Source of the DNA: a virus
Lineage: Duplodnaviria > Caudoviricetes
Reading direction: 5' to 3' (one strand)
DNA: 43,359 nt
Virus record (IMG/VR): IMGVR_UViG_3300033067_000144
Location: 1-43,359 of that record
Below are positions 42,930 to 43,359 of this stretch, in pieces. Every line of letters begins with the position of its first letter. The stretch's first letter is position 1. A program made the translations under genes and the position numbers. The notes beneath the pieces were generated by a model. That model was not told the DNA's origin. It was given only the letters and a program-made list of their open reading frames with translations, and made no database searches.

Positions 42930-43359
42930 ATGAACAATCTGTCTATCACCAAAGAACGCTTGAAAGCTTGGGGCCCATGCGAATCAGGTTACCGCTGGTT
43001 TCTTGAAAACTTCCCCCAAGGCGCTGAGTTTGGTGAAATCCATAAGGCGTTGCACAAAGACAAGCGTTTCAGTGATGGCACATGGTTGGCCGAAAAAGTC
43101 TTTGCTGAACTGGACGTGCCCACACGTGTCGGCGAATTGGTCAAGATGACGGGTGCTGTCAAAAGCGAAATCCAAGGACTCGCAAAAAACAGCGACGAAG
43201 CCAACGCGGCAACCACAGGCAACTGGGCCAACGCGGCAACCACAGGCTACAGGGCCAACGCGGCAACCACAGGCAACTGGGCCAACGCGGCAACCACAGG
43301 CGACAGGGCCAACGCGGCAACCACAGGCTACAGGGCCAACGCGGCAACCACAGGCAACT
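42930..43359 (+). CDS. 5' part of the repeat protein (MNNLSITKERLKAWGPCESGYRWF...), continuing at base 1
   Basis: Translated by hand; open to the end of the window; missing from the track because it has no stop codon before the window ends. Confidence 0.85.
   Translation, partial: MNNLSITKERLKAWGPCESGYRWFLENFPQGAEFGEIHKALHKDKRFSDGTWLAEKVFAELDVPTRVGELVKMTGAVKSEIQGLAKNSDEANAATTGNWANAATTGYRANAATTGNWANAATTGDRANAATTGYRANAATTGN
43200..43359 (+). repeat. 6 copies of the 27-bp repeat (the last is completed by bases 1-2)
   Basis: Units start at 43200, 43227, 43254, 43281, 43308 and 43335. Variable dipeptides are NW, YR, NW, DR, YR, NW. Confidence 0.97.

Noticed and set aside
1-43359. tRNA/rRNA genes, integrase/att site, DNA methyltransferase or base-modification genes
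   Set aside because: None was recognisable by eye and intergenic space is minimal. tRNAscan and HMM searches were not run, so absence is not proven.

Overview
The window looks like one complete, circularly permuted ~43.4 kb genome of a contractile-tailed dsDNA phage (myovirus; head and tail modules of the Bcep781/PB1/Aaphi23 type) infecting a Gram-negative host (it encodes an i-/o-spanin pair). The last base joins base 1 in frame inside a gene carrying a 27-bp tandem repeat. The + strand arm (~42.5 kb across the join to 12.4 kb) holds early and replication genes: SF2 helicase, VRR-NUC nuclease, TetR-like regulator, primase-helicase, Cas4-like nuclease, SSB, family B DNA polymerase and a beta-clamp-like protein. 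The - strand arm (42.2 kb down to 12.4 kb) holds terminase, portal, head, tail, baseplate and lysis genes. The main feature is an intact Bordetella BPP-1-type diversity-generating retroelement (DGR): Mtd-like tail fibre with VR, IMH and hairpin, then avd, TR, spacer and reverse transcriptase. TR and VR differ at 18 of 120 positions, 17 of them TR adenines. The Mtd-like module is grafted onto a myovirus fibre anchor, and I see no integrase or other lysogeny module. Other oddities are a NUDIX domain fused to the prohead protease, a 5.6-kb insertion in the head module, a candidate -1 frameshift in the tail chaperone and a duplicated promoter cassette. All family assignments come from motif recognition and recall; no database search was run.
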